This document shows positions 10,432 through 19,730 of a stretch of DNA of 61,478 bases, piece after piece. The stretch comes from a virus (Duplodnaviria > Caudoviricetes). Made by a program: the position numbers and the translations under genes. The stretch's first letter is position 1, and every line of letters starts with the position of its first letter. The stretch spans positions 1 through 61,478 of the IMG/VR virus record IMGVR_UViG_3300020595_000038; one strand, written 5' to 3'. The notes beneath the pieces were generated by a model that worked only from the letters and a program-made list of their open reading frames with translations, was not told where the DNA came from and searched no databases.

Positions 10432-12413
10432 CCGACCTTGAACTTTTTAAACATTGTTTTTGCTTCTACTAGATTTCCTTTTGTATGAAAATTTCTTAAT
10501 AGAATATTTTTGTCTGCTATAAGAGTATATCCTGCTGCCATGGCTGCATCAAATTTTGTTGTTTTACTTATATCAAATTCTAACCAATCTTTTAACAATT
10601 CTGGATAGCAAACTTTTTCTATATTACTTTCTATATACTCTTCCGTTACTTCTGCAATTTGCTGATGTGTTCTCACAGATCCACTCATTCCAGGTTTCGT
10701 ACTACCAGGTAAATACATTAAGAAGGAAGCATAACCTCTATCTTCAAAATAATTCTTTATACCAATCTTGTTATCTTCAAACAGAAGTTGACAAGAATAA
10801 TAGTGACAGCACTTTAAAACATCTTCATAAAATTGTCTTGCGGTGCTTGGTCGGTAAATGTATTCAACTATAAATGAACTATCGTAAAAATTTGATACTG
10901 AGTTGTGCTTCTTGTATACGTAAAAGGCTCCGTTAGATCTTCTCTGATCTACTGTACTATCATGATCATAAGGATCACAACCAATTACAAACTCACCCTT
11001 CCTAGTTGGTAGATAATTCTTTCCTCTTTTAATAACTATATTAGCATCTTTAGCATCATCAAAAAGATAGGTTACATTGAACCTTCCGTTTGACATAGGT
11101 TTAAACTCTACGTGACCAGTTTCTCTTTCTCCAACCCACTCAAAGTTTCCTCTTGTGTATAGGTTTTCATTCCAGGATATTCGATCTATTTGATCGTTTA
11201 ATTTCATTGCATTAAATAAAGATTTCTCCCCATCTATTCTAAAAGCCTCTTCAATCGTAAATGGATTCCTTCTAATAATACTCGACAAAGCACGATCATC
11301 ATTGACAAGATTTGCACGTTCAGCCAAATAATAGTCCTTAGCACGTTCTTCATCTGCATGACCATATTTATCGAAGTATAAGGTTTTATATGAGGGAGTA
11401 AAGAATCGAAATAATCCACTGGGAGTTCTACCATGTACATTTCTATCTTCTTGATTACTGTTGTCCCATAGCCTTTTAAATGACTCACCACCTGATTCCA
11501 TTTCCTCAACAGTGGTTGTGTAAAGTAATTTTCCAATATACTCACCATCCAATTCCGAACAGAAGCGTACAACGTTATGCCTTTCCCAGACATCCACTTC
11601 CATAGTTTTCCCAACCTCGTCACCAAGGTATCTGTGTAATTTTGTTCCATCATATCCATATTTTTCTGAACTCTTCCAATCAATTTGGCTTTCAAGTTCT
11701 GGTTTACCTAAATCTTCTAACGATTTCTTTCCTCTTTTTGTAGTTCTATAAAATCTTAATTCCGATGTTGGGGTGACCCCTTTAGACTGATCATATACTG
11801 GTCTAAAGAAATCTGGTAGTTTTTTAAAAGGCCCTACAATAGACTTTGCAAATACATTGTTTTTAGCATCACTTGCTGTTTTAGACTGTATACCTCCATT
11901 CTTGTTTTTAGATCTTGATATCAAATCAAACATAAACACACCGGCTCTTACTGTCTTTCCCTGCCTACGTTTTGTTAACTCTATCATGCCTAATGAGTTA
12001 GGATCATTAATAGTTGCTTGTAAAAAATAAAAATACTCCTGATCTACTTTTCTAAAACTAGGGTATCCTATATCTATTTTCCACCAATTTAAAAAAAGGT
12101 AATGCATACCGGTTAAGTATTCAGCCTTACCATTATTCATAAACCAAACTCCATTTAACCTTCTATCCCATTCTTGAGATCTAAAGTTTTCTAACTCCAC
12201 ATCAAAAAAATCTTTATCCTCTGCTTGACGCAATAATTCAGCGTTTCTTTTATATGTATAGTTTTCAGGCAACTCAGTTCTTATCCAAACCTGATCTGAC
12301 TTTATAGAAGAACTAGTTATTATAGGTCTCTTCTCTTCTTCTTTAGAAATTACATTAAACACCTTTCCTTTTGGCGGCAACGTAAAATCTACTCCTTGAA
12401 TGTTTACTATCAT
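10428..12413 (-). CDS. terL: Terminase large subunit
   Basis: Walker A KRRQGKT, Walker B YLGDEVGK, nuclease motifs IGCDPY, FEDNK, FDAAMA. Confidence 0.93.
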   Translation of the reverse strand: MIVNIQGVDFTLPPKGKVFNVISKEEEKRPIITSSSIKSDQVWIRTELPENYTYKRNAELLRQAEDKDFFDVELENFRSQEWDRRLNGVWFMNNGKAEYLTGMHYLFLNWWKIDIGYPSFRKVDQEYFYFLQATINDPNSLGMIELTKRRQGKTVRAGVFMFDLISRSKNKNGGIQSKTASDAKNNVFAKSIVGPFKKLPDFFRPVYDQSKGVTPTSELRFYRTTKRGKKSLEDLGKPELESQIDWKSSEKYGYDGTKLHRYLGDEVGKTMEVDVWERHNVVRFCSELDGEYIGKLLYTTTVEEMESGGESFKRLWDNSNQEDRNVHGRTPSGLFRFFTPSYKTLYFDKYGHADEERAKDYYLAERANLVNDDRALSSIIRRNPFTIEEAFRIDGEKSLFNAMKLNDQIDRISWNENLYTRGNFEWVGERETGHVEFKPMSNGRFNVTYLFDDAKDANIVIKRGKNYLPTRKGEFVIGCDPYDHDSTVDQRRSNGAFYVYKKHNSVSNFYDSSFIVEYIYRPSTARQFYEDVLKCCHYYSCQLLFEDNKIGIKNYFEDRGYASFLMYLPGSTKPGMSGSVRTHQQIAEVTEEYIESNIEKVCYPELLKDWLEFDISKTTKFDAAMAAGYTLIADKNILLRNFHTKGNLVEAKTMFKKFKVG

Positions 12414-13006
12414 AAATTAGCAATGAATTCTGGTGTTAACCTTTTATCTGCTTTTATTGTCTTCAATAACTCTTGATCTTCTCCATAAAGTTTTTGATAA
12501 TACGCATCTAACCTATCATTGATGGTGTTTAAATCATCCATGATTTTAGATTTTATTTGTAACGCTTGTAATATATCTTTGTCTTTATCCCCTTCTACAG
12601 GACTTAATAATTTTTTCTGGTATTCAAAAAACGTCTGCTCATTGGATACTATCATTGACCAAATTCGATTGTTTTGTTTTCTTAAAAACTCATCAACCAT
12701 ATCCTTTAATTGATCCGAAAGAAAGAAAAACATATCATGCAATTTCTCATTATCCTTAACTAAGTCGAATCCGGCTAGAATTGCGGCTTGTTCTTTTCTT
12801 ATTTTAAGATCAGGAAATTGTTCTTTCATTGGAGTGTTTTGATCATATACATACAGAACATATGCAATCATCTGATCGTCAGCAGATTGAAAACTGCTAA
12901 ACATTTTCATTTTAGGATACTTTTTTTGTAATGATCCTTTAACCTTAAATGGGTTAAATATCATCTTCCTAAAGTCTTCAGTGTTGAAGATTTCTGTTAA
13001 AGACAT
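12410..13006 (-). CDS. Putative terminase small subunit
   Basis: Overlaps terL start; helical; start moved to ATG 13006 preceded by AAAACCAACAAT. Confidence 0.5.
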   Translation of the reverse strand: MSLTEIFNTEDFRKMIFNPFKVKGSLQKKYPKMKMFSSFQSADDQMIAYVLYVYDQNTPMKEQFPDLKIRKEQAAILAGFDLVKDNEKLHDMFFFLSDQLKDMVDEFLRKQNNRIWSMIVSNEQTFFEYQKKLLSPVEGDKDKDILQALQIKSKIMDDLNTINDRLDAYYQKLYGEDQELLKTIKADKRLTPEFIANL

Positions 13007-13243
13007 ATTGTTGGTTTTGGTAAAAATATAAGAATTACATGGGCTAGGTATCAAATTTTACCACTCGCTTTCATTACACTGTTCTGGGTACAAAATTTTT
13101 AGTCTATAACTACAGGCAACTATTATATTTACGCTTTGTTGATTGAAGCATTATCGTTTAATTGACAGATAATTATACCAAAAGATTAATTAGAATCAAA
13201 GTGACCTTGAAATAATAGTAGGTCCATAAAAAAAAGAATTTCA

Positions 13244-13549
13244 ATGGCTCATGAAATAAATGAAAAAACCAAGGTCATGTTAGACCTAAAGACTATTGGG
13301 ATTATAGTGTCATTCACTATTAGTTTGGCAACAATGTGGTTCTCGCTACAGGCTGACATCCAGAAAGCAATGAATTCTCCTGCCCCTGAAGTCTCTAAAA
13401 TAGAATTTTCATACAAGGATGAATTAATTAGATCTACAGTTGAAGGTGTTCAATCTGACGTTAACAATATTAAAGATGATATCAATGAGATTAAAAATCA
13501 TTTAGAAAAAATGGATGCTCGTCTCTATGAATTAACAACGAGAAAATGA
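13244..13549 (+). CDS. Membrane-anchored coiled-coil protein (paralog of 34294..34596)
   Basis: One N-terminal TM helix then coiled coil. Confidence 0.6.
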   Translation: MAHEINEKTKVMLDLKTIGIIVSFTISLATMWFSLQADIQKAMNSPAPEVSKIEFSYKDELIRSTVEGVQSDVNNIKDDINEIKNHLEKMDARLYELTTRK

Positions 13550-13887
13550 AAAAGATAACACTTATATTATTGTTATTTATTGGGTTCCAGGCTTATAGCC
13601 AAGAATATAAAGATAATATAAGTATATGTCAATTTTCATCTAGTTTCACTTCCGATGCAGATCTAGACTTAAGGGTATTTAAGAATAACTTCTTCTATAA
13701 TTTTAAAATAGAAAAAGATAAAAAAATATTTGATGCAGAAGAGGTTAAGTACTTGCCTACAGTTATTGTTTTTTCAAACGGAAAAGAAATTTTAAGATTA
13801 GAAAGCGGTATTAGCATGAAACTCCCAGAAGATTCTGAGAAACAAATAAAAGAAAAAGTCAACTCACTTATAGAAAGCAAGTTTTAA
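13546..13887 (+). CDS. Secreted thioredoxin-fold protein lacking CxxC
   Basis: Signal peptide MKKITLILLLFIGFQAYS; VKYLPTVIVFSNGKEILRLESG matches the thioredoxin C-terminal half. Confidence 0.65.
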   Translation: MKKITLILLLFIGFQAYSQEYKDNISICQFSSSFTSDADLDLRVFKNNFFYNFKIEKDKKIFDAEEVKYLPTVIVFSNGKEILRLESGISMKLPEDSEKQIKEKVNSLIESKF

Positions 13888-13890
13888 AGC

Positions 13891-14964
13891 ATGAAAAATA
13901 TATTATTAATTCTAGTGCTCTTTAGCACTTCCCTTAATGCACAAGTAATTAAAGAGATCTTTAAGTATAGCACTGTCTTTGGCAGTTATACAGAAAGCAG
14001 TCCATTAACACAGACATCACAATATTTTGTAACACAAGGGGGCGACCTTATTGATGTTACACCAGAGCAATCAAATGACTATATGGTAACATTAGGTATT
14101 AGAAAGATTGCAAGAATGGATTATGAAAACAAAGCAGAAAGGTTTTATGATGGCACTGAGTCATTGTCTTCTTTATCTAGTAACGTAGGTGCTATAAAAG
14201 GATTAGAATATTTATTTCAATATTCAAAAGGATCTCAACAGAACAGAAAATTTCAAAGTCAAAGATACTTTATAAGATACATTGCTAAATACTGGGTTGC
14301 TAAAGTTGAAATGCAACAAAATGGTTTAATAAATTTAGATTATAAAACTGCTGACCTTAGATTGAGATTACCAATTGGTAAAAAGTTTAGTGTTTCAGCA
14401 GGAGCAGCAATAAGAACTCATTTACCTTATGGTTTTTCACCAATTGCATCATACTTAGAAGATCTTCCTTGGTGGGATTTAGCATATGAGTATGGCTATC
14501 AAGATAATTACTATGGTATTGATTATGATAATGATGGTGAGTTAGATAACTATGATTGGTGGTGGTCTAATCAAGATGGAGAAAGAGTTGCAGACACAGA
14601 TTTAGATTTCCGTAGAAATGATTATGAAGATATTGTTAATGATTATAATTCTACCGAGTTAAACGCTATTGGAACTCTAGGAACCTTAAGTGCTGTGATC
14701 GGTGCTGATTATTATCATTTCAGAGACAAGTGGTGGATTCATACCTGGGGTAATGTTTATCCAAAGCATCAACACATACTTGGTAATGAGGCTTACAGTT
14801 ATGAAACATTTATAGGAAAAGATAACTGGACAGATTACAATTACGGAGTTATTTTTGGATGGAACATAAGCAAAAACATAGGAATATTTACTGAGTACGA
14901 AAAAACTAGTTTCTGGGATAAGAACTTAGTCTTTCTTAAAGCCGGTATAAACTTTAGATTATAA
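13891..14964 (+). CDS. Putative outer-membrane beta-barrel protein
   Basis: Signal peptide (...SLNA/Q), alternating aromatic strands, C-terminal beta-signal-like KAGINFRL, DYDNDGELD loop. Confidence 0.6.
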   Translation: MKNILLILVLFSTSLNAQVIKEIFKYSTVFGSYTESSPLTQTSQYFVTQGGDLIDVTPEQSNDYMVTLGIRKIARMDYENKAERFYDGTESLSSLSSNVGAIKGLEYLFQYSKGSQQNRKFQSQRYFIRYIAKYWVAKVEMQQNGLINLDYKTADLRLRLPIGKKFSVSAGAAIRTHLPYGFSPIASYLEDLPWWDLAYEYGYQDNYYGIDYDNDGELDNYDWWWSNQDGERVADTDLDFRRNDYEDIVNDYNSTELNAIGTLGTLSAVIGADYYHFRDKWWIHTWGNVYPKHQHILGNEAYSYETFIGKDNWTDYNYGVIFGWNISKNIGIFTEYEKTSFWDKNLVFLKAGINFRL

Positions 14965-14968
14965 CATT

Positions 14969-15463
14969 ATGGATGAAGAAGAATTAAAAGAAATACAAGC
15001 AAAACTTGTATACTTAAAAGAATCTGGCCAACATCACAAAGCATGGAAGTTAAACCAGAAAATGAAAAAGGCTATTGCAAAGGCTAAGTATAACGAGACG
15101 AAAAAACCTAGTAAGTTTAAATCTATATTCAAGAAAAGTGTAGACGCTGTTAAAGAAGTTGCATCAGATGTTATAGATGGTGCTCCTGATGTTATTGAAA
15201 AAGCAAAAGAGGTTGTTTCAAATGCTGCTGAAAAAGTAATTCAAAAAACTCCGGTTGTTGAAGAGGATAAACCTAAAGTAACAAGAACTACCCTTTCGGG
15301 TGCTACTGGACTAGCGTATGAAGGTGGAACAAGTGATGAAATAACAAAAAATGGAACAGTCTACAAACGAGGTGAAGATGGTTATGATGCAGTAGCAAAA
15401 GAACTCTTAGCACAAAAAGCAGCACTGGACGAGAAGAGAAAAACGATTAAAAAGAAAAAATAA
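14969..15463 (+). CDS. Hypothetical Lys-rich protein
   Basis: 164-aa ORF in tight operon. Confidence 0.55.
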   Translation: MDEEELKEIQAKLVYLKESGQHHKAWKLNQKMKKAIAKAKYNETKKPSKFKSIFKKSVDAVKEVASDVIDGAPDVIEKAKEVVSNAAEKVIQKTPVVEEDKPKVTRTTLSGATGLAYEGGTSDEITKNGTVYKRGEDGYDAVAKELLAQKAALDEKRKTIKKKK

Positions 15464-15465
15464 GC

Positions 15466-15708
15466 ATGGCAGCAAAAAGAGACTATAAAGCCGAGTACAA
15501 AAAGTTTCAGTCTTCCCCTGCGATGATAAGATACAGGACCCTACTTAAAAAGTACAATAGAGATAAAGGTACTTATGGTAATGGCGATGGTTTAGATGCT
15601 TCTCATAAAAATGGTAAAATAGTTGGCTTTGAATTATCATCTATAAATAAAGGAAGAAAAGAAAAGAGTAGACTTCCAAAGAAAAACAACAATAGTAGAA
15701 CCGCTTAA
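15466..15708 (+). CDS. Small HNH-like protein
   Basis: RDYKAEY...GDGLDASH...N pattern of small podovirus HNH-like proteins. Confidence 0.5.
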   Translation: MAAKRDYKAEYKKFQSSPAMIRYRTLLKKYNRDKGTYGNGDGLDASHKNGKIVGFELSSINKGRKEKSRLPKKNNNSRTA

Positions 15709-15721
15709 ACAACAAATTATT

Positions 15722-15871
15722 ATGAGTAACAGTGTAGAATTAAGAAAAACAGAAAAAAAAGACCATTACAGACTTCTTATAAATGGAACCGATGTAACTG
15801 GAGTACAAGAAAAAGAAATATTTAGGCATATACTGGAAGTATTAGACAAAGGTATCGATGCCGGTCATTAA
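15722..15871 (+). CDS. Hypothetical 49-aa protein
   Basis: Hand translated MSNSVELRKTEKKDHYRLLING...; A-rich leader. Confidence 0.6.
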   Translation: MSNSVELRKTEKKDHYRLLINGTDVTGVQEKEIFRHILEVLDKGIDAGH

Positions 15872-15882
15872 ATAAATAAATT

Positions 15883-15951
15883 ATGTTATACAAAAAAATT
15901 AAAAAAGTCAAGGACAAACCAAAGACTTCAAAACCAAAACCTAAATATTAA
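15883..15951 (+). CDS. 22-aa Lys/Pro-rich peptide
   Basis: MLYKKIKKVKDKPKTSKPKPKY fills the gap between neighbours. Confidence 0.45.
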   Translation: MLYKKIKKVKDKPKTSKPKPKY

Positions 15952-15956
15952 AAATT

Positions 15957-16166
15957 ATGGGATTACCAATATTAGCAATTGCAAAAGTTGCAAAATTAGC
16001 AAAAGGAGCAACGGCAGCAGCAAAAGCAGCAAAGGCAGCGAAAGCAGCAGCAAGAGCGAAAAAACTAGCAAGTACATTTGGAAACAAGAATGGTAAAGCA
16101 ACTAAAACAGTAGCAGCAAGTGACGTTAATTATAACGCAATTGGTGACGCAATTAAAAACGCTTAG
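15957..16166 (+). CDS. Ala/Lys-rich small basic protein
   Basis: AAKAAKAAKAAARAKK repeats. Confidence 0.6.
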   Translation: MGLPILAIAKVAKLAKGATAAAKAAKAAKAAARAKKLASTFGNKNGKATKTVAASDVNYNAIGDAIKNA

Positions 16167-16168
16167 AG

Positions 16169-16342
16169 ATGGCAGATGTAGACTTGACAAAACAAGTGGA
16201 AGAGTTAGAGATATTAAAGTCAATGACTTCAGATTTTGGGGAGCAGATGGAAATTGCTGATAAGATACATAACCTAACTATGAAAATTAATGGAGTTAAA
16301 CCAACAGATTCTTATATTGACTGTATTGGTTGTGGCTCATAA
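16169..16342 (+). CDS. 57-aa protein ending in CxxCGS
   Basis: Hand translated MADVDLTKQVEELE...KPTDSYIDCIGCGS. Confidence 0.75.
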   Translation: MADVDLTKQVEELEILKSMTSDFGEQMEIADKIHNLTMKINGVKPTDSYIDCIGCGS

Positions 16343-16353
16343 AAATTAAAAAT

Positions 16354-16533
16354 ATGGCAGAAGATAATATAGTATCTATATCAGATCAACAAACAGTTGA
16401 TGTACTAGCAATAAGAAAACTAGAGTTATTACTAGATGTTATGTCTTGCTTAGAAAGTGCCAACGCACCTGAACTTTATGGTGTGAAACTTACTGTGATC
16501 GACAAGATCGAACGTATCGTAAGTAACCTATAA
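16354..16533 (+). CDS. Hypothetical protein
   Basis: MAEDNIVS...; start moved to ATG 16354. Confidence 0.55.
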   Translation: MAEDNIVSISDQQTVDVLAIRKLELLLDVMSCLESANAPELYGVKLTVIDKIERIVSNL

Positions 16534-16644
16534 ATTATCCAATAAAACTTGTAGTCCTGGTATACTAGGATGATATGGATGTTCTAACTTAAGTTTTAGA
16601 ATCTTATTCACTATGTCTTGTTTAGACATTTGTGGTACAGGCAT
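16528..16644 (-). CDS. Hypothetical 38-aa protein
   Basis: Hand translated MPVPQMSKQDIVNKILKLKLEHPYHPSIPGLQVLLDNL. Confidence 0.4.
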   Translation of the reverse strand: MPVPQMSKQDIVNKILKLKLEHPYHPSIPGLQVLLDNL

Positions 16645-16663
16645 TTTAGTCTGAGTTCCAGGT

Positions 16664-16921
16664 TCAGTAGATGTTTTGTATTCTTTCATGGTGCATAGTT
16701 ATTAGCATTCGTTTAAATTGTTTCTTATCTCCAAAGTAACTGTGACATTCCCTACACAACGCTTGCAAATTTTCGGGGGTATCCTTTTCTTTAGATCCGC
16801 CCATTCCTCTTGGGTGTATATGATGAATATCTACAGCAGTTCTATCACACACCTCACATCCAATCCAATCTCCTGGTTCGATACAAAATGATTCGTGATA
16901 TACTTTAGTGTGATTTTTCAT
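16664..16921 (-). CDS. HNH endonuclease
   Basis: CEVC...DIHHIHPRGMGGS...ENLQALCRECH. Confidence 0.9.
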   Translation of the reverse strand: MKNHTKVYHESFCIEPGDWIGCEVCDRTAVDIHHIHPRGMGGSKEKDTPENLQALCRECHSYFGDKKQFKRMLITMHHERIQNIY

Positions 16922-17181
16922 AGTGTAAATAAATATATTCCGTATCCGATAATAACATTTAAATTAACAGCAACGATGTTCCATTGCTTTGCAATAAATA
17001 CCTGTGGTAATGACAACAAGCCTCCAATTAGATAGGTGTATGCCCCAACATCATCCACTTTGAGTAGGTATGGTGACATCATAATAAACGCTGTTCCCAT
17101 GTATCCCAATCTCTGAGAAATTTTTTCTAGGGGGGTAAGTCTTCGTGGTTTAACTAAACGCTTTAAAAAGTTTTTAATCAT
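16918..17181 (-). CDS. Small multi-pass membrane protein
   Basis: About three hydrophobic segments, LLSLPQ motif; ATGA overlaps with neighbours. Confidence 0.6.
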   Translation of the reverse strand: MIKNFLKRLVKPRRLTPLEKISQRLGYMGTAFIMMSPYLLKVDDVGAYTYLIGGLLSLPQVFIAKQWNIVAVNLNVIIGYGIYLFTL

Positions 17182-17339
17182 GACCAAACGATTTGTATAA
17201 TAAGTACACACAACACTGCAACACCAATTATAGATAACGCTAGTATATCTATGTCTTGAAGTTGGTACGGCTTTCTTTTACTAACTCTGTTTACCCACTC
17301 TTGTAATGTTTCTCCCGGTTTTCTTTTTAGTCTACTCAT
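17178..17339 (-). CDS. Small single-pass membrane protein
   Basis: MSRLKRKPGE... with C-terminal TM helix. Confidence 0.5.
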   Translation of the reverse strand: MSRLKRKPGETLQEWVNRVSKRKPYQLQDIDILALSIIGVAVLCVLIIQIVWS

Positions 17340-17901
17340 CTTCGATTTTTTTTTCGGGGGTATTAAGATCTGGGGTGACATATCTGTACTGTCGCTTATC
17401 CACCTTAAATTCAAAATATTTGTTTCTGTCATTAATCGTTACTACCGGCCATGTCTTAATCTTCTCCTTCTCAAAATTCATTAACATATACCTGTGATCT
17501 GATAGGAATAAAACAAACAATACAAAGTCAACATCCAACTTATCTATTGTAAACATATTTACCTTCAGGGATCTCTCACAACCCTTAACATCTATTCTCT
17601 TTCCATCAACTATAAGATCAGGATCACTTACACCTTTTTCCTTAACAAATGCTGAGGTTGTGTAATTAATGCCTTTTAAATCATAATGATGCCTTACTAA
17701 AAGTTCCCCTAATATTCCTTTGAAGTCGGTGTAGAACTCATTGTCTACAGGTTCATCAAATAAAATAGGGTGCTTGTACTTGTAACTTCTAGACTTCCAA
17801 TAAAGTTTTTTGTAGTGGTCACGATTTGCCATGACTCTTGTGTCAACGTATAATTTTGCATGATTGAATATGCAGTCTGGTATGCTATATATTGCGTCCA
17901 T
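17332..17901 (-). CDS. PD-(D/E)xK nuclease-like protein
   Basis: GILGE...DPDLIVDGKRIDVKG. Confidence 0.6.
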   Translation of the reverse strand: MDAIYSIPDCIFNHAKLYVDTRVMANRDHYKKLYWKSRSYKYKHPILFDEPVDNEFYTDFKGILGELLVRHHYDLKGINYTTSAFVKEKGVSDPDLIVDGKRIDVKGCERSLKVNMFTIDKLDVDFVLFVLFLSDHRYMLMNFEKEKIKTWPVVTINDRNKYFEFKVDKRQYRYVTPDLNTPEKKIEDE

Positions 17902-18487
17902 TAAGTTCCTTCCCTAAAATATCTGATTGATGCATTACGTAATATTCAACACCCTCGATTTTGTTTAGAAAAGAGTTACGTTCGTGAAATCTCACAGTAT
18001 CTCCGTTATTTAAACCAAGTTCTTCTTTGCCTTTCAATGGTGTACCTATGTGCCTTACGTAACCTTTGTCTTCGCTACGCTTGGGTGGTCCCATGATAAT
18101 AGATCCAATTTTTTCCTCTTCCATGTAAGGCTCGATAAGAACGTGATTGGCAATAGCAGTCAAAGATCCACCTCGTACAAAACAGAAGCATTCTTCTAAG
18201 TCCGCTAAATAAACATCATCCTCTCCGGTAATAAGATTGTCTTTACTCACAGTTAGATAATTGAAGTAAGCCATATCGCCTACTTGCATCTCCTGTTTTA
18301 TAAAACTACCATTAGTGCTTTTACACCACTCTCCTCTAGGTAAAGCCACGACCTCTCCACATATTGTTACGTGATGTTCTGGATTGTATGATACATCTAA
18401 GTATAGTTTATTGCCTCCTGAAAATTCAACCTCATCGTTGTATTTCTTAGAAACTTTAACCGCTATTCTTTGCCCAATCATATTCAT
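17885..18487 (-). CDS. GroES-like co-chaperonin, two tandem domains
   Basis: IGQRIAVK...GEVVALP...QVGDMAYF and IANHVLIEP...GSII...GYVRHIG...GDTVRF...YYVMHQSDILG. Confidence 0.75.
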   Translation of the reverse strand: MNMIGQRIAVKVSKKYNDEVEFSGGNKLYLDVSYNPEHHVTICGEVVALPRGEWCKSTNGSFIKQEMQVGDMAYFNYLTVSKDNLITGEDDVYLADLEECFCFVRGGSLTAIANHVLIEPYMEEEKIGSIIMGPPKRSEDKGYVRHIGTPLKGKEELGLNNGDTVRFHERNSFLNKIEGVEYYVMHQSDILGKELNGRNI

Positions 18488-18561
18488 TGGTGCTAAGATA
18501 AATAAAGATGAACCTTCGTGCATAAAGTTATTAACAAAAGAAGTTAACAGAGATATACACT

Positions 18562-18680
18562 GGTGGACATACTGGCTAGCATAGGTAGACAAAATGGCTA
18601 GCCTTTCTATAATATATATATAATATATTTAATATACTATATAATATACTAGTATTATAAATTAAACTAATATTATACAT
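18562..18680. other. Putative replication origin (iterons plus AT-rich unwinding element)
   Basis: Two 19-mers, 16/19 identical, 22 bp period, followed by about 70 bp of almost pure A/T. Confidence 0.5.
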
Positions 18681-19130
18681 CTTTTGAGTAGTTGCATTTT
18701 TTTTTAGGTTCTAAGATCATTAAAAAAACAGACCGGCATAATACCATTTAAAATTAATTAAAGTTCCTTACATTTGCTCAGAAGGGCATTGTAGATGTTT
18801 TTGTGGTATAACACCTAATATATGGTGGGCCAGAGGCAAATGGGAGAATGGGAATGAAAGACCGGGTACATGGCAAAAAAACGTTTTAAAGATCGAATTA
18901 GTCCACTTAGGACTAGCAACAACCCACCCCTACCTACTGACCCTCAGTCTGTTATACATTTACACAGGCCTATTATATCACCAGGATGCATTTTGTCCTG
19001 GACATTTTGTAAGAAAGGAAACGTTACGGATCCGATCAATGCCTAAATGAATTTGAATTGACGTGGTTACGTTAACGATGCAATGCTGTGCAAGAATTCT
19101 TACAAAACAAATCAAACAAAATATAGTAAC

Positions 19131-19265
19131 ATGAATGACATAAGAAATAGACTAAGCCAAGGACGTGACGAGGAGCATGTACAACGCAATCTAATAGTCC
19201 AAGGTTGGACGATCATTGCCGGTCTAATATGTATGATCATTGTAATAATCTTAGGTCAATGGTAG
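19131..19265 (+). CDS. Small membrane peptide
   Basis: 44 aa, C-terminal TM helix. Confidence 0.45.
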   Translation: MNDIRNRLSQGRDEEHVQRNLIVQGWTIIAGLICMIIVIILGQW

Positions 19266-19648
19266 TAGCGAAAAAGATAGTCGAACTCTTCAGCCATCAA
19301 CGTGCAGTAAATAAGTATATCAAGTCTTTGGACAATGAACTACAGTACAGAACTGTAATGGTATTTCTAGCATGTGCAATACGTGAGAGTGAATGTAAAT
19401 CGTCCTTCACCTTCTATACAATGCCACAGGTAATAAGTCTATGTGATCAGATGGATTGGTTAAGTAGTAAGCAGAACCAATACCCGGTGTACAGGGAACA
19501 CAAGAAGTTGATCGAACTAGGTTTCGTGGATAGGTTAACAAAGAAAGAATCTTACAAGGGACAACAGTTTTGTATTACAATATCCGGAAGACTACAAGTC
19601 CGTAGACTATACAATTACCTTATACGTGATCTTTATACTCCCCTATAG
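19259..19648 (+). CDS. Winged-helix (MarR-like) DNA-binding protein
   Basis: VYREHKKLIELGFVDR...FCITISGR wing motif. Confidence 0.65.
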   Translation: MVVAKKIVELFSHQRAVNKYIKSLDNELQYRTVMVFLACAIRESECKSSFTFYTMPQVISLCDQMDWLSSKQNQYPVYREHKKLIELGFVDRLTKKESYKGQQFCITISGRLQVRRLYNYLIRDLYTPL

Positions 19649-19730
19649 TAATTCTATAAGGTCACCCCAAAATGATGTGATAAGAAAACCCCAAAACCTT
19701 TACACGATACGGATCATATGTAAAGCACAT

